From: Camelus dromedarius
Taxonomy: Eukaryota
Assembly (NCBI RefSeq): GCF_036321535.1
Contig: NC_087436.1
Span: 88,476,001-88,540,000, forward strand
Reading direction: 5' to 3'
Length of the DNA: 64,000 bases
Shown here: positions 37,186-51,609 of the stretch, one piece after another
Position numbering within the stretch: position 1 is the stretch's first letter
How the letters are laid out: each line of letters starts with the position of its first letter
The notes under the pieces: model-generated
The model's input: the letters and a program-made list of their open reading frames with translations, nothing else
The model's database searches: none
Told to the model about the DNA's origin: nothing
Translations under genes and position numbers: made by a program

Positions 37186-37874
37186 TAATGACTTGTGTCA
37201 TGCAGAAGTAACAGCAAGACTGGAGGCAGAGTAGGACTTGGAATTTGAGTGAGGAAAGAATTCCAGTGTGACCAAACTTAGTGATAAGGGGAGACCAAGG
37301 AACCAGATGGGGCCTGAGATGGAGTGGGGCAGGGTTATTTACATGTTGGTTGTTCCATTTACTCTACTGAACCTCTAACTTTACTGCAAGGTAACATAGT
37401 TAGCAGAGTCAAAGATGTTAGCATGACTTTAATTTCAGAAAGGTACATAGCACATATCAAAGCATGCAAATAAGATGTTCCTGAGAGGAAAGAATTTTTT
37501 AGTTTGTTTAACCAAAGCTGTGGTTATTGAAGTGTGTGTTGAAGATGATGACTTCTTAACCACATACTTTTCATGGAAATTTTCAGGAGGTTAAATCATT
37601 CAAAATTATATACTAAGTGTGTGTCATAAAGTTGAATTGAGCTATGATAGAATAAACAGGATAATGGCTTGCAATTAATAAAACTGTATTAAACTAAATT
37701 AATTGGCACATAATAGTATATTATTGTGTATCTGAATTAAAAATCACTCCATTTTGTAAAATCAGTTCTGGAATGAGTTCTTAAAAATGAAGGAAATGAA
37801 GCAGGCTTTTTTTTTTTTTTTCTGGAAAGAAATGGAATATAAAATTAAAAAAATTTTTTTTATTGCTTTTACAG

Positions 37875-37929
37875 GTGGTACCATAAAAATATTACCAGAA
37901 ATCAGGCAGAACGTCTTTTGAGACAAGAG
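37875..37929 (+). CDS. TXK: TXK exon 6, SH2 start: WYHKNITRNQAERLLRQE
   Basis: ttacag acceptor, GAG|gtaatt donor; 55 nt. Confidence 0.96.
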
Positions 37930-39049
37930 GTAATTCAGTTTATTCATGAATAAATTTGTGAATATTTTCAAATTTTCTGAGAGGTACATTATTAAGACTA
38001 TATAACTAAAAAAGTCTTATTGCTTTCTGTTTTTTTCAATTCTAAATATTATTACAACTTCATCTCTACTAAACATTTTCTAATAAGCTGTAAATTAGGT
38101 GTATTTATATCAGATCATGTTTTCCACTGATTTTAACCATAATGTCAGGAATGTCTTTCTCTTGAAGTGATTTTAACTCTAACATGCTAAAACTCTTTCA
38201 TTCATTCCAAAATGTTCTGCCAGAAGTCTTTCTTTGAATTGCCCGTTCACCTTTGCAACAGTGCCAATCCAATATACACTCTGTCCTTCTGAGCTTAGCT
38301 CAGATTCATGAAAACACAGATCTAGAAAAATACATGGGGCTGTACTTCCGTTCTTTGGGAACGAAAGAAAGAGTGGAGTAGCCAAAATATCAAACGTAGG
38401 TCAAAACTGCTCATTTAGGTCAAAACAAAACAAAACAGCTTATAGTTTAAATTTCCAACTGATGATAAATATCAACTGTGGGTGAATGTAGAGTCAAAAC
38501 TAGAAAGTAGGTGAGAAGAATGTGTGTCGTTATGACCTGATGTCGGATGTTGAGGAAATCTAGAAATATGAGAGAGAAAGAATCAGTTCTGTAACTAAAA
38601 ACTCAGCGCCAGTAATGGCTCGGGATACGGGAAGTTCCAATTGATAGCTGGGGGAGTGGCCGTGCACGAAGGACACAGAGCCAGCCTCAGGTGGTGGAGG
38701 GGTTGGAGGTGGAGGTCAGGCCTGGCCTCACTGGCTGTGGGGAAGTGGAGCCTGGTGGCAAATGTGTGTCTGCTTGGCATGATGACATTACGTATTAGTA
38801 GTTCAGAATGGATGATGATGTCATGACACGCAGGCGGAACTGGAGAAGGGAAGTCGACAAGTAGGTCCACAGTAAGCAGCTGGTCACAGGTAATATGACC
38901 CGAATCACTGGATGGGGCGGGTTTTGCATGAGAGATTCTGCATCTGACTGGGGGCCAGAGCACGGCGAGGTCTGATCTCCCTACAAAAACTAGAACTGGG
39001 AATTTTAGGAAACCCTTTCAGACCCACAATCCAGGTATTACCAGTCGTG

Positions 39050-42000
39050 ATATTTTGCCATAACACTCTTTAACCAAATAAAACATTCCAGATACAGCTG
39101 AAGCCCACCCCTCCCTCTTCTTTTTGGTCCTCACTCATCAGAGGCAACCACAGTAGAAGGGTGTGTCCCCATTTTGCCTGAGTGTTTGTATTTTTATCAC
39201 ATAAATGTGCATAAACAATGTGTTATTTTATCTGTTTTAACATTTGACATAAGGGAGATCATATATATGTTGATTTTTTTAGTTAAACATTGTATTTTCA
39301 ACGTAATTCATGTGAGTACGTATGGGTCAAACACGTTCCTTTAACTACTGCGTAATATTTTGTTATCTGAGTGTATGAAAATGTATCCATTTCACTATAA
39401 ACATTCAAATTGTTTCTGATTTCTTACTTTTACAAACAGTGCTGCAAAGAACTTCCTTACCCATGTCATTTTGTACACAAGGGCAAATGGTTCTTTCAGC
39501 TCTGCCCCGCAAATGGAACAGTCTGGTGGGAGGGTATGTGCAGCTTTAACATTACTAGATACTGTACGTTCAAATCATGATTCAGAGTACTTGTACTAAT
39601 TTATACTCTTACAGGGAATGAAAATATTTGTTCTCTACATTCTTGCCAATAGGTAGTTTCCACACTTATTTTTTTTCCAATTCACTTTTTTTAATTATCT
39701 TGTCAAATGTACATTTCCTTGGTAAACAGCTCAGTGGAGTAATTTTTCACGTGTCTTTTGGCCACTTGTGCTGCCTCTGCTGTTACATACCTGTTAATAT
39801 CCTTTGCTCATCTTTCTGTAGTGTGTTTGCTTTTTCAAACTGATTAATGTCTATTTTAAAGACATTTTCTGAATATTAATCTTTCATCAGTTATATGTTA
39901 CAAGTATTTTTTTTTGGTCTCTGGATTTTTATAAAACTTTTTTTTTACAGAATTTTAAAAAGTTAATGTTAAATTTCTCAATATTTTCCTATATGATCTC
40001 TGCTTTTGTTTGTTTTATTTACTATAAGAAATTCTTCTCTCTCCTGAAGTAATAAAGGGATTTTCTATTTTCCTTTAAATGTTTTAAAAATTTGCTTTTC
40101 ACATTTAGGTCTTTAATCCCTCTGAAGAGTGTGTGTATGTGATATATTAAAATATACATATTTTTCCTGTATATCTTAAAATAGTTTTTGTAATTTACAT
40201 ATTTTCTAATTTTATTTTAAAAAATATGTCTGGGTTAAATCCTACTTGGTTCTGAGACATTAAAAATATATATTGCTGGTTTGGGTTTCCAAATATTTTA
40301 TTTAGCATTTGTTCTGTTATGTTCAGAGTGAGCCTGGTTTTTAATTTTGTTTCCTTTGTCTAGTTTTAGTATAAAGTCTATACTAGCATCATAAAATGAG
40401 TTGGAATGTGGGGGTTTTAATCTCTTTTTCCAATTTCTGGCATAGTTTGTATTAGACAGAAATTATTTGTTCCTTGAAAATCAGCTATATCTTTCATAAA
40501 ATAGTCTGGCATGCCATGTTTTCAAACAGATAGCTATTTGACTACTGATTTAATTTCCTTTTCTTTTTTGAGATACTTTTTGGAGATAACATATTTACTT
40601 AAAGAATTGCCTATTTTATATTTATTTTCAAACTTATTGCATAAATTATTCATAGAAGTCTCATAATTTTATTTATTTCATATTTCAGTAGCCAATATGT
40701 TCATATGGCTCAAAAATCAAAAGGTTTTTGAAGTTTTCTTTCATCATTGTCCCCAACCCATCAATTCCCCTCCCTATAGATGAACTATTATTATTAGTTT
40801 ATTTTGTATCCTTTCAGAGATATTTATTACCAATACAAGAGATATTTATTATATATACATTTTCTTGTGTTATTTTTACACAAATGGTAACATGATATAT
40901 GTACTCTCTGACCTTACTTTTTCACTTAATGGTATATATTGGGAGTCTTTCCACATTAGTACACAAAAAGTATCCTAATTCATTTTACACCTGCATGGTA
41001 TTTCTTAGTGTGGATGTATCACAGTTTAATTAACCAATCCTTCATTACAGAAATTTAAGTAGCATATACTCTTTTGTTATTAAAACAGTGCTTCCATGGG
41101 TAACCAGTACATACATCTTTTCCCATTTATGTGAGTATTTGTAGGGTAAATCCCCAAGGGTAGAAATTCTGGGTCAAAAGCAGTGTACATTTCTAATTTT
41201 TAAGGTATTAAAACGCCCTCTGTAAGGGTTGTACCAATTTATATATCTACTAGACATGTAAGAGAGTGCTTATTTTCCCACAGTCATTCCAGTTAAGTGT
41301 TTTAATGAAACATTTGGAACTTTGCTCTCTGACACCTCATTCTCAGGGTGGATTTAATCTGCTTTTCTCTTATTCTGGGAATGTTAAGCCTCTTTTTCTG
41401 TATTAAAGTCTATGCATTCGTATTTCCTTTTCTGTAGCGGTCCATCTCCTTTGCAACAATTTTATGGCATTTTTGATGCTTTTTCTCATAATCTGTAGGA
41501 CCTATGTAGCTACGTTAAGGAAATTAGCTCTTCGTGATGTGTGGCAGCATTTTCCCCAGTTTATGAATTCTCTCTCTCTCTCTTTTTTTTTTTTTTTTTG
41601 CCATGAATAGTATTTGAATTTTATATATTGGAATTTTTAAGACAATTTTTTTAAAGACGTTAGGGTTTGTTATCAGGTTAGAATTACTTCTCTACTCCAA
41701 GTTTATAAAAGATTTCCCATGTTCTTTGATTACTTTAGTGGTTTTATTTTTTCACACAGGCATGTTTGATCCATTTGTAATTTTTCCTATTATAATGGGT
41801 GAGGTTTCGACCCAAGTTAAGTTTTTTCCTCACCAAGTGTTCTTTTCTGTGTTGATTTGAGTTGCCACTTTCATCGTAAACACAAACAACCTATACCTGG
41901 GCTTTCTACTTGGTTTCGTTGATCAGCCTGTGTATTCATGTTCTGCCATTATATTGTTTTAAATACTAACACTTTCTTTGATGTGGCTATCCTCCCTTCT

Positions 42001-43620
42001 TCATTTGTTTTTTTAGAAACATTCTGGATATACATATATATATTCCACATGAACTTCAGAATTACTCTGCCTAGTTTAAAAAAAAAACATTCCAGTTGAT
42101 TGCATTAAATTTACAGATTTATTTAGAGAATATTGTTTATGCATTATAAATCAATGGGGTTTGGAACCAATTTGTTTTAGGACCGATATATTAATTATCC
42201 CTATAGAAAAAATTAAAATTAGATCCCTACCTCAAACTAAAATAAATCTTAGATGGGCTGAAGACCTAATAAGAAAAAGCAGATGCTTTTGTATTTTTCA
42301 GGGTGTTTTAAGGTTTTCTTCATTTAGCTCTTGCACATGTATTTTTAAGTTGATTTTAAGGTATTTTATCTTTTTGTTCTTATTATAAGTAGGTATATCT
42401 TGTTTTTACATTTGAAAGATCTTGATTTCTGTGAATTAATTTTGTAACTGACAACTTTGGTAAATTCAAAATTTTTTGTAGTAGTTTTTCAGTCGATTCT
42501 CTTCGGTTTTGGGTACATCATCTTATCAGCAACACAGTGATTATTTCAACACTCTTTTACATTTTTAACACGTTTCTAATGTCTGCCTCTCATTTAATTG
42601 CATTGGCTGGTATCTCAAAACAGTGTTAAGTACCAGTGCTGACAGTGGGTGTTCCTTTTTTCCTGATTTTAGTTGAAATTACTTCCACATAAAGCATAAC
42701 ACTGGACTTGGGACTAAAGTAAATAATGGTTATGGTGTTCAGGAAGTACACGTATATTCCCATCTTACCCAGAATTTTAAACCCTGGTATTAGAAGTTGA
42801 AATTTATCAAATGCTTTTTCAATATCTATGGAGATAGTCATAGGATTTTTTTCTAGAATTTTTAATATGATGTATCATATTAATAAAATCCCTAATATTA
42901 GATTACATTTGCATTCCTGTACATGATCTCTCTTGGTCACAGTGTATTGTTCTTTTTTCATGCTGCTGGATTCTGTTGGTTACTATTTAGTTAGGAGTTT
43001 TGCGTTGATACGGGAGAGACTGGTTGGTAGTTTTCCCTTTTGTGCGCTGTCTGTGCTGTGTTGTTGGTATTAATGTTAAGCTCACTTTGTATAATTTAGA
43101 AGTTTTTCTTCTTTCCATGTGCTCTGGATCATTTAATCAGTCTCTCTATGATTTCTTTAAGATTTAGTAACATCACAATGCAACTGTAGTGCTTTTTAAT
43201 TTTGCAGCTCTTTAAAAACTTTATCCATTTTTCAGTTCCATAGATCCATTCAACGTCTGGCTCTTCTGGAATCAATTTTGATAAATTTTGTGTTTTGCCT
43301 GCTAATTACCCATTTTATTCAAGTTTTCACATTTATTGCACAGAGTCAAGGAGATTTTTAAATTTTTTTCTGGATCATTGTGACTTATTTTTTCATAGAT
43401 TTATCCCATTATTTATTGATTAGGTTAATTAACAGTTTACCTATTTTATTGATTTTCCCTAGACCAGCAAATTTTGAATTTAATCATTAGCTTTATTATA
43501 TTCTTATTTTTATCATTTATTTTTTTCTGCTTTTGTCTGTATTAATTCTTTTCTTCTACCTTACTTGGGTTTACTTTATAATTCCTAACTTCTTCAGATG
43601 GATACACTTATTTTGTATTC
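39050..43620 (-). mobile_element. Cluster of ancient, fragmented L1M elements
   Basis: T-rich L1-like sequence; minus-strand ORF 42626..42841 carries ISIDIEKAFDKFQ, the L1 RT motif ISIDAEKAFDKIQ. Confidence 0.75.
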
Positions 43621-43659
43621 CTTTTGTTTATTGATATAATGACTATGATTTTTTTTAGA

Positions 43660-43752
43660 TTTTTTTTTTTTTTGATAGAGGTACTGAAGATTGAACCCAG
43701 GACCTCGTGTATGCTAAGCAGGTGCTCTACCACTGAGCTATTACCCTCCCCC
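43660..43752 (-). mobile_element. tRNA-Ala-derived SINE (Vic-1-like, short)
   Basis: gattgaacccaggacctcgtgtatgctaagcaggtgctctaccactgagcta preceded by poly-T. Confidence 0.85.
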
Positions 43753-44547
43753 TGAGATATTTTCCTCTTCATGAGTGTAAGCACACTTAATAAAGGTGAA
43801 ACATTTTTTTTTTTTACAATGTCAAACAAACCAACCAAACAAAACAGTCCAACCTTCAAGCTTATTTGAAAGCAATTCACAGCGTTATTGGTGTTTCCCA
43901 GAACACGGCAATGGAGGGGGGGTCCAACTGATAACCTAACATCAAATTTATTATAATAGTCTTCCCTCTTGCCATTTCTCATTCTGCCTTTCCCTACCTA
44001 CCCCTGGAGCAAGTGAAATGTCTCTCCTTACTCTTCTCTCCAGACTCACCCAAGTTTATTCTCTTTCCATCCATACCATGAACTTTGGTCTTTTTTCCCA
44101 CTCCTCCTCTCTCCAGATGTATTTCTCCCTGCCTCCCTCACCCACACTTGCCATGTTGTGTCTTTTCCTCTAAAGAACAACCCTGCCAGTCTGTCTCAGA
44201 GTTCTCATATTCATCACCTATTTTTATCTATTATCTTTATCAGTATAACAAAAATAACTAAATGGTGGGGTACAAGGTTGTCAGATGCAGAACTCTTCTT
44301 AGAAAAATCAGGAGCAAAAATGTTTTAAATACTCACACATTACAAATCCTTGTCCCAATTATATTTTATTTTATGGGTATTACATGTAAACCTATAAAGA
44401 TTTGAGATGAGATTGTGTGTACTTGTAAAAACTGTATCATCCTTTTATAGTAAGTTAGTATAGCTTTGGTTTTCATTATTGAGATGTAGGTTTACCTTTC
44501 TTCCTAAGAAGGAATAACCTTGTACAATGAATGAATTTGCTTTGCAG

Positions 44548-44627
44548 TCTAAAGAAGGTGCATTTATTGTCAGAGATTCAAGACATTTGGGATCCTACAC
44601 CATTTCTGTGTTTATAAAGGCTAGGAG
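44548..44627 (+). CDS. TXK: TXK exon 7, SH2: SKEGAFIVRDSRHLGSYTISVFIKAR(R)
   Basis: ttgcag acceptor, AG|gtaagc donor; 80 nt; FLVRES-equivalent FIVRDS. Confidence 0.97.
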
Positions 44628-44864
44628 GTAAGCAATTGTGATTTTGGTCACTTTAGAAATAACTGTTCCTGGTACAGTGTTTGTTGTGGAGATACCATCA
44701 CGTAGAGAATGTAAATAAGAGTGTAATATAGAAAATTACTGGCCTGGAAGTTGGGTCAAATAATCGTTTCCAGTCGTATCCCTAACAAGCTCTGTGTGTG
44801 ACTTTGGATAAGTCACTTTCTCTCGTCTTCTTTTCTCAACCATCACGCGAGGAGCTTTGATTAG

Positions 44865-45245
44865 TTGTATTCGGCACCAGGGGTGCTTTCCTCGTAGCCC
44901 CGGTACCTGGGGTTTTCCTGCAGAGAGTGCCCCTGCACTCAGAAAGCTTCCTGTTTCTTCCTGCCTGAGGATGTTCTCTGGCTGTGGGAGCTCGTGGAGC
45001 CCAGGGGTGGACTAGAAGTACCTGAGAGTTAGCATCCTAGGAGTGACTCTCCATCCTTAAGGAGTGGAGGGTAAGTCCCTCAGCCCCTTTGCACTTTAGT
45101 GGGGTGACTCCGAGGTGTGTTCCCCGAACTCTCATCACTTCCTGGAGGGATTAAGCCCCAGTTGCCCGTAGCAGACCTGCTCCTCCATACACCCTGTACT
45201 GGTTCCCCCCTTCTTTGTCTTACATCTCCTCGCATCTCTTACAGT
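44865..45245 (+). mobile_element. LTR16-like (ERV-L) LTR remnant
   Basis: ctagaagtacctgagagtt...gggtgactccgaggtgtgttcc...gggattaagccccagttgccc resembles LTR16. Confidence 0.55.
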
Positions 45246-45568
45246 GCATTTGTTCATTCACTGAACCGATATTTAATATTCAGTGAATACTTACAAGTGT
45301 CCATTATGAGGTCTACTTTTTTGGACACTAGACTTAACCACCAAGACCACTTTGGTTGAAGCTATATTTGAACCTAAGGCCCCGACACGATAGCTGAGGA
45401 ACTTCCCCGGGGCGGTGAGGCGCCTGTGGAGTTTAATCCAGTCTCCTCTTCAGCGCGCAGTGTTGCTAGGGTGCACGTTTTGGAGGTGGAGTCCTGTCGC
45501 TTAATGCACCGACTTAGTTCCCAAGTGATCTTTTGCTTGTTGACAAACTCATGTTTTATTGATTGTAG

Positions 45569-45696
45569 AAGCATGGAGGCCACCATCAAACATTATCAGA
45601 TTAAAAGGAATGACTCTGGGCAGTGGTACGTGGCTGAAAGGCACCTCTTTCAATCAGTCCCTGAGCTGATCTGGTATCACCAACACAACGCAGCCG
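45569..45696 (+). CDS. TXK: TXK exon 8, SH2: SMEATIKHYQIKRNDSGQWYVAERHLFQSVPELIWYHQHNAA(G)
   Basis: ttgtag acceptor, G|gtacgt donor; 128 nt; within ORF 45426. Confidence 0.97.
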
Positions 45697-48024
45697 GTAC
45701 GTCGGGAACTTCAGGTGGGGAGAGCTGGGGCGCCGGGCCCCAGACAGGCAACGCATCTTTGGTCAGAGACTTAACAGGAGCAAATAACCCTGCAAAAATG
45801 TTCAAGAGCTTGAAATACAACCTGTCTTCTGAGCGATTCTCTTCCCTGTTGCTGCTTTTTTCTTTTCCTAGTCAGGGGGCGAGAGGTAGGCTGACTTTTT
45901 ACATTTCTGCCAGGTTAGAAAAATGATCGATGACAGAGAAGCAAAAGGCCATTTAATCATGATGCATTTGCCCTTGAAATTTACATGGAGTGAAATATAA
46001 TACAATTTCAAATGTCCTAAAGAATCATACTTTTTTCTCTTTGCTCTGATAAATTTGCTCTCTGCTTTACACAGTTGCATTAGCAAATTACCCTTAAATC
46101 TCTTGTTCTCTGTTCTTTCTTGCTTGGAGAACAGAAGAAGTTATACAAGACAGAGCCTTTCACAGTGACAGTTTGACTTGAGTATACCAGAGGCATATTT
46201 ACCTATTTACATATTTATAATTACCATTTTTGCAAACCTACCATCTATGGAAAAGATTTAGGATTCCAGAAGGTTCCACCACATTTACAGTCACAGCTCT
46301 GGCCTTCAGCCCTCCTCTAACCTGTACTGGATTGCTTTGAGCCCATGGGGGAATCTTTTTACCTCAGCATTGTCGCATTTGGAACCCACTGCAATTTTCA
46401 TATTGTTTTGACTTCTTGCCATGCAGTACTTTAAAAAATTTTTCTCGTGAAAAAGTGTAATGACAAAAAAAAAAAACCACACCCTTTTGGAAAGCGGCCA
46501 CTTTTCCATTGCACTGGTTCTAAACATCAGGAATACATCCAAGGAAATTTTTAGCCACTTGTTGGATGCGTCCACATGGGTATTCCCGGTGTTCACTGGG
46601 AGTTGGGTTACAGAGGAAGTGGCGACATGTCTAAGCAGGGCCAGTGAGGACGCATTTGTGGTTAGACATAGAAACCCGTAGAATTAGGAGATCAGCGCTG
46701 ACTTGTCTTCACACTCTTCTTTCCCGCTCCTTCAAAGAGAAAATTTAAGAAACAGATGGTTATGGTGTGAGGTTAAAAGAATACTGACGTAGATCAGGAG
46801 GTGCTGGCACGAAAAGATGTTAGTGATATGTTGTTTAGTAAAGAAAAAAATGTAAAGCAGTACATTTATAGTCCTGCTTTAGCAAAATAAATACTTACAT
46901 CGACACATTCAGGTGTGCATAGAAAACCTCTGTTAAAAGTGTAGGTAATATTTAGACGAATAAGATTATAGCAGACTACAAAGTGTTCATGTTTACCTCT
47001 GGGGACTGAGACTGGGAATAAGGAAGCTTTTGTTTTCTACTTTATAGATTGCTCTTGGGCTTTTAAATTACGAAATAGATAAATTATTCTTATAATGTGC
47101 AATATACCACACAAGTAATTTTTAAAATATAAGCTCAATCAGGCAATAAGAAAAATGAAAAACAGGGTTGAAAACTTACAACTGTGGCTGCTGTTTATTA
47201 GGGAGAAAAGAGAGCAGAAAAGAGATAAGACACAGAGGAAGAGGGATGGTCAGAGGAAAGACATGGACCCAGAAGAGCAGATGTGTATTGAAGACTCACT
47301 TTGAGCCAGCCCCTGCTCTGAGTGCTTTTGTGTACATTTGCGTATCTAATCTTCAGAGAGATCCTGTGAGGGGGATGCTGTCGATATCTCTGTCTCACAG
47401 ATGAGGAAACCGAGGCATGAGTTGTGCTCAAGGTCACACAGTTAATAAGTATTTGCGCTGAGATTTAACTAGGAGAAATCTTTGAAACCAATGCAGTCAT
47501 CGAACCCACCAGCTCCAGAGTCTGTGTTTAATGCCTGTTGTCTCCTCTAGAAAGAGGCAAATTACATCATTGGAGGGTCCAGTTTAGAAGACGCTGTAAA
47601 TTGAAACCCATGACCACCCTGTCTTCTTTTTGACTTCTGGTCGCTTTAGCTCATGACAGCTCATCTCCTTACCAGTAGTGAGGACCATGCAAAGAGTGAC
47701 ATTTTTTTTTTTTTCTGTTAGAGAGATGGACTATCATGAAACCATTGGTAGTAATTCACAGAATAAAAATGTTTGGCAAACACCAACTTTGAAGTGAGAG
47801 GAAAGTGTTAGGGTCTTAAGGAAATTCTCATTATGTTCTGTATCTGGATCATATGTTACAGACACCAGCTCCATAAGGGCTCAGCTAGGTCTTCAGAGTC
47901 ACTGGTCAGCATCCTTTCCTGTTTTCTGTTCAAACTTTTATCATTCTCCTCAAGACCCCCTTGACAGTGTTATCCACTGCCCTGTCAGCAAATTGCCTCG
48001 CTGTCTACTTCAATAAGAAAACTG

Positions 48025-48232
48025 AAGTCTAAGAGGTACAAACTATTACATATAAAATAAGCTACAAGGATATATTATACAACACCAGGAAAATAGCCAG
48101 TGTTTTATGATAACTATAAATGGAGTACAACCATTAAACATTGTGAATCACTGTATTGTACACCTGTAACTTATATGATATTGTACATCAACTATACTTC
48201 AATTTAAAAAATTAAATTAAATTAAAATAAAA
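48025..48232 (+). mobile_element. L1 3' end fragment
   Basis: aaaataagctacaaggatatatt...catcaactatacttcaattt with an A-rich tail. Confidence 0.75.
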
Positions 48233-48321
48233 TTGGAGTCACCTATGTCAGGCACATCCTCCTGCCCCCACGCTCTCACCCTCTCCTCCCCTCCAGGAGT
48301 GGAGGGGCCAAGCCTGTGCTT

Positions 48322-48445
48322 TTTTTTTTTTTTTTTAAAGGTTTACTAATTTATTTATTTGTTGGAGGAGGGACTGGGGATTGAACCCAGGACCCTCATG
48401 AATGCTAAGCACGCGCTCTACCTCTTGAGCTGTACCAACCTCCCC
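48322..48445 (-). mobile_element. tRNA-Ala-derived SINE with perfect 15-bp TSD
   Basis: TSD gccaagcctgtgctt at 48307-48321 and 48446-48460; tRNA-like head. Confidence 0.9.
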
Positions 48446-48469
48446 GCCAAGCCTGTGCTTATTCCCACC

Positions 48470-50005
48470 ACTCCTCTCCTGTTGGGACCGCCCACCACCC
48501 ACTCTTTCTTTCTCTCCTGTATCTCTTCCATTTCTTCTGCCTTTCTCCCTTTAGTCTGTAAACTTAGTACAAAAATGAAAACAAAGCTCTCCCTTGGTCC
48601 TTTCCTCCTTCAGACATTGCTCTTTTAAATCACACTTTTGGAAAAATGTGTCCACATGCACTCTCTTCACTTCCTCACTTTCCATTTGTTTTTGAAACAC
48701 CTGCCATCTGGCTTCTGCCTCCATTGCCCTGTGTTTTACCAATGACCCCCATACAGTGATGCTTTCTGCTTCTCGCACTTGCAGGTACTCTCTGCTACTT
48801 TTGGCAGTGGCATCTCTTGAACTTCCCTGCTCCCTAGATGTTTGACACCACCCTTTCTGATTCTCTAACTCAGATCATTCCTCATGGGTCTTACCAATGG
48901 GTCCTGCTTCTACTCTTGCTTAAACATTGGTGTTCCTCAGGCATCCATCCCTGATCACTTTTCTTTTTACCCTAGACATATCTCTTTGCATAATTATTCT
49001 GCCTGGTAGACACAGACCCTGCAGTCCCAAAGGCCATGAACTTCAATGATGAAATGAAACTCTTTATCTAATAAATACCATGGCTTTCCTTCTAAACCTA
49101 CTCTTCCTGTTGTCTGTCTCGGGTAATCATACAGGAGCTGGCAACATGGGAATCACAATAGATGCTTCCATTCCCCTTAATAGATAACTTCTGATTAATA
49201 ATCAAGTGCAATTAATTTCATATCTTAAATATGTCTCATGTAGGTCCCTGCCTCTCGCTGCCTACTGGTGCCCCCCTAATAATTGCTCACCTGGACAATT
49301 GCAGTGGCCTCTTAACCGATCTTGTCTTCTCTGATGTTGACTTCCTCTCAATCCATCATTCATACTGATTCCAGAATGATCTACCAAAAATGTAAATCTG
49401 AACAAACCACTCCCCTATTTGAGTTCTTGTGCCCCAGAGCACCTTGTGGTCACCATCACAGGACTTACTCCATTTATATTGAAATGACCTGCCTCTCTCT
49501 CCCTGTCTTTCCTCACTGAGATGGAGCCCCGGTGGGCAGAGTCCTCTTTTTCCTCATCTTTGGTCCTCTGGAATCTTTGGGATCAACCTAGAAGAGCATC
49601 TTGCTCACAATGGGCACTTAATTATGCTCCTTTCTGTTCTTATACCGGCCAGGCTTGTTTCTGTCTTCCAGCCTTTGCACATGTTGTTCCACCTGCCTGG
49701 AATGCTTTTCCTCCTGATCTTTGTCGGATGGCTCCTTGTCAATCAATGTCAGCATAGCTGTCATCTTGTCAGAAAGGTCTTCCGTGAGCACTTGTTCTAA
49801 ATAAGCTCTATTTTATGTACTTTGCTTGCACTCATCATCTTCTGCTTTTCCTTGTGTGTGCATGTCCTTCTTTATTTTCTCTTTCTCCACTGGAATATAT
49901 ACTCCATGAGAGTAGGGACCATCACTGTCTTACTCACTGCTGTCTCCTGCCATCTAGATAATGCTTGGCACAAAGCAGGCTTTCAATAAATATTAGTTGA
50001 AGAAA
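48470..50005 (+). mobile_element. L2 LINE remnants
   Basis: Pyrimidine-rich L2 body ending cttggcacaaagcaggctttcaataaatattagttgaa. Confidence 0.65.
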
Positions 50006-50733
50006 TACTCAAGGCTTGTTGAACAAAACTGAAATTGACTATATAGACTACTACATGTTGACCCAATGAAAAGATTAAAAGATTTAAAGCATTTACCATG
50101 CTATTAAAAAAAACTGTTCTCAAAGAGAAGGGTGGGCAAATGGGTGCACTTAAACATTGTTGGTCGTTAAATGAAATTAGTACAAACCTTATAGACACCC
50201 TTTGATCAGGAAAACACATTTTAAGGAATTTGTCCTGAGGCAATAATTTGAGAGGCACATCCAAATGGATATTTAAGAACTTATAGCATATTTTACAACA
50301 GTGAAATCTTGGAAATAACTAAGTTCTATTTATAGTCATTGACATATATCAATTACATGTTGAGTGTAAAAAGCTTATAGCAAAACATTTACATTTCTGT
50401 GAAATGTATTTTATGCATCTATGCTTTCAAATAAACATACAGAGATTTTTGCAAAGATGTTCACCAAAATGATAACAATGTATCTCTGGATGCTAAGATT
50501 TTATAAGGGACTCTTTATTTTATCCTCCTATTTTCTTGGATTCTTTAATTTGTGTTCAATGAGCATATTATTTTTTGTGAAGTGTTTCTCAAGTGGGAAA
50601 AGAGCAAAGAGACTAACTGTAGAATACTTCTTTGACTGATTTATTTAAGGAATGCTGCTATCTTCTAGTATAGTTGGGTTTTTCTTTTGTTTTAGTAACT
50701 AGGATTGAAAGGCTGACTTCTCTTTCTCCCCAG

Positions 50734-50808
50734 GGCTCATGTCCCGTCTCCGCTACCCCGTTGGGCTGATGGGCAGCTGTTTGCCAGCCACAGCTGGTTT
50801 TAGCTACG
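50734..50808 (+). CDS. TXK: TXK exon 9, SH2-kinase linker: GLMSRLRYPVGLMGSCLPATAGFSY(E)
   Basis: ccccag acceptor, G|gtaaag donor; 75 nt. Confidence 0.97.
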
Positions 50809-50929
50809 GTAAAGTATTCATCTGTGCCTGAGCGAACATCAAGTACAGTGAAGAGTGTACCCCAAGTTCCCTCTATGTTCGTTAAAGCCTCAACTCTTTT
50901 GAGATGACTGTCTAGATACATTTCTTTGC

Positions 50930-51134
50930 AAAGTTTAAATCTCCTGTCTGAGATGTTTAAATATATGCATCTCATATTTAAATTTAGGGGGAAAATGTTT
51001 CACTTTTACTTCAAATTTCATTATACATGATTTGGAACCCTTTTGATAAATTACAATTCTTTTTACTTGAACATTTGAGTTTTTGCTGCCTGGTTATGTG
51101 GGTGACTGGCAAATGACTGCTCCTCAAGAAAACC
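50930..51134 (+). repeat. Copy 1 of a ~200 bp direct duplication
   Basis: Aligns to 55888-56099; exact 30-mer tctgagatgtttaaatatatgcatctcata in both. Confidence 0.9.
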
Positions 51135-51338
51135 ACTAAAATGTGTCCTCTTTACCTTTTTCAAGTAGAACTTGGACAAAGTTTGATTTGAACTATTTTC
51201 TAGTGAATGTGATCATTGCAAATCTGTGAAAATAAGTGAGATCCAAAGAATCCTGCTTTCTAATTTGGTGACACTGTTTCCTTAAATTTCTCTCATTACT
51301 GGGACTCAAAATATACTGAAAAAAAAAATGATAACACA

Positions 51339-51434
51339 GGGTAGGGAGATAAAGCTCAGTGGTATATTGTGTGCTTGGCATGCATGAGGTCCTGGGTTCA
51401 ATCCCCAGTGCCTCCATTAAGTGTGGGGAGAAAA
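51339..51434 (+). mobile_element. tRNA-Ala-derived SINE
   Basis: agctcagtggt...catgcatgaggtcctgggttcaatccccagtgcctcc; TSD gataacaca. Confidence 0.85.
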
Positions 51435-51609
51435 GATAACACAATTATTGTGTAATAGTTAACCAGAAATCAGGGTTTCTATGAACTGGGATGGAAATGT
51501 GATTTCAGAGTATTATGAGGGCCTAGATTATTTCTCTGCCCCATAAATACTACATATAATAAAAATTCTACCATTAGCAATTTATCTAAGTTAAACATGG
51601 TCCTCTTTA

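Noticed and set aside
45697..45926. Open frame continuing past the exon 8 donor (possible kinase-less isoform)
   Set aside because: Donor is canonical, the extension has no recognisable features, and I saw no nearby polyA signal.
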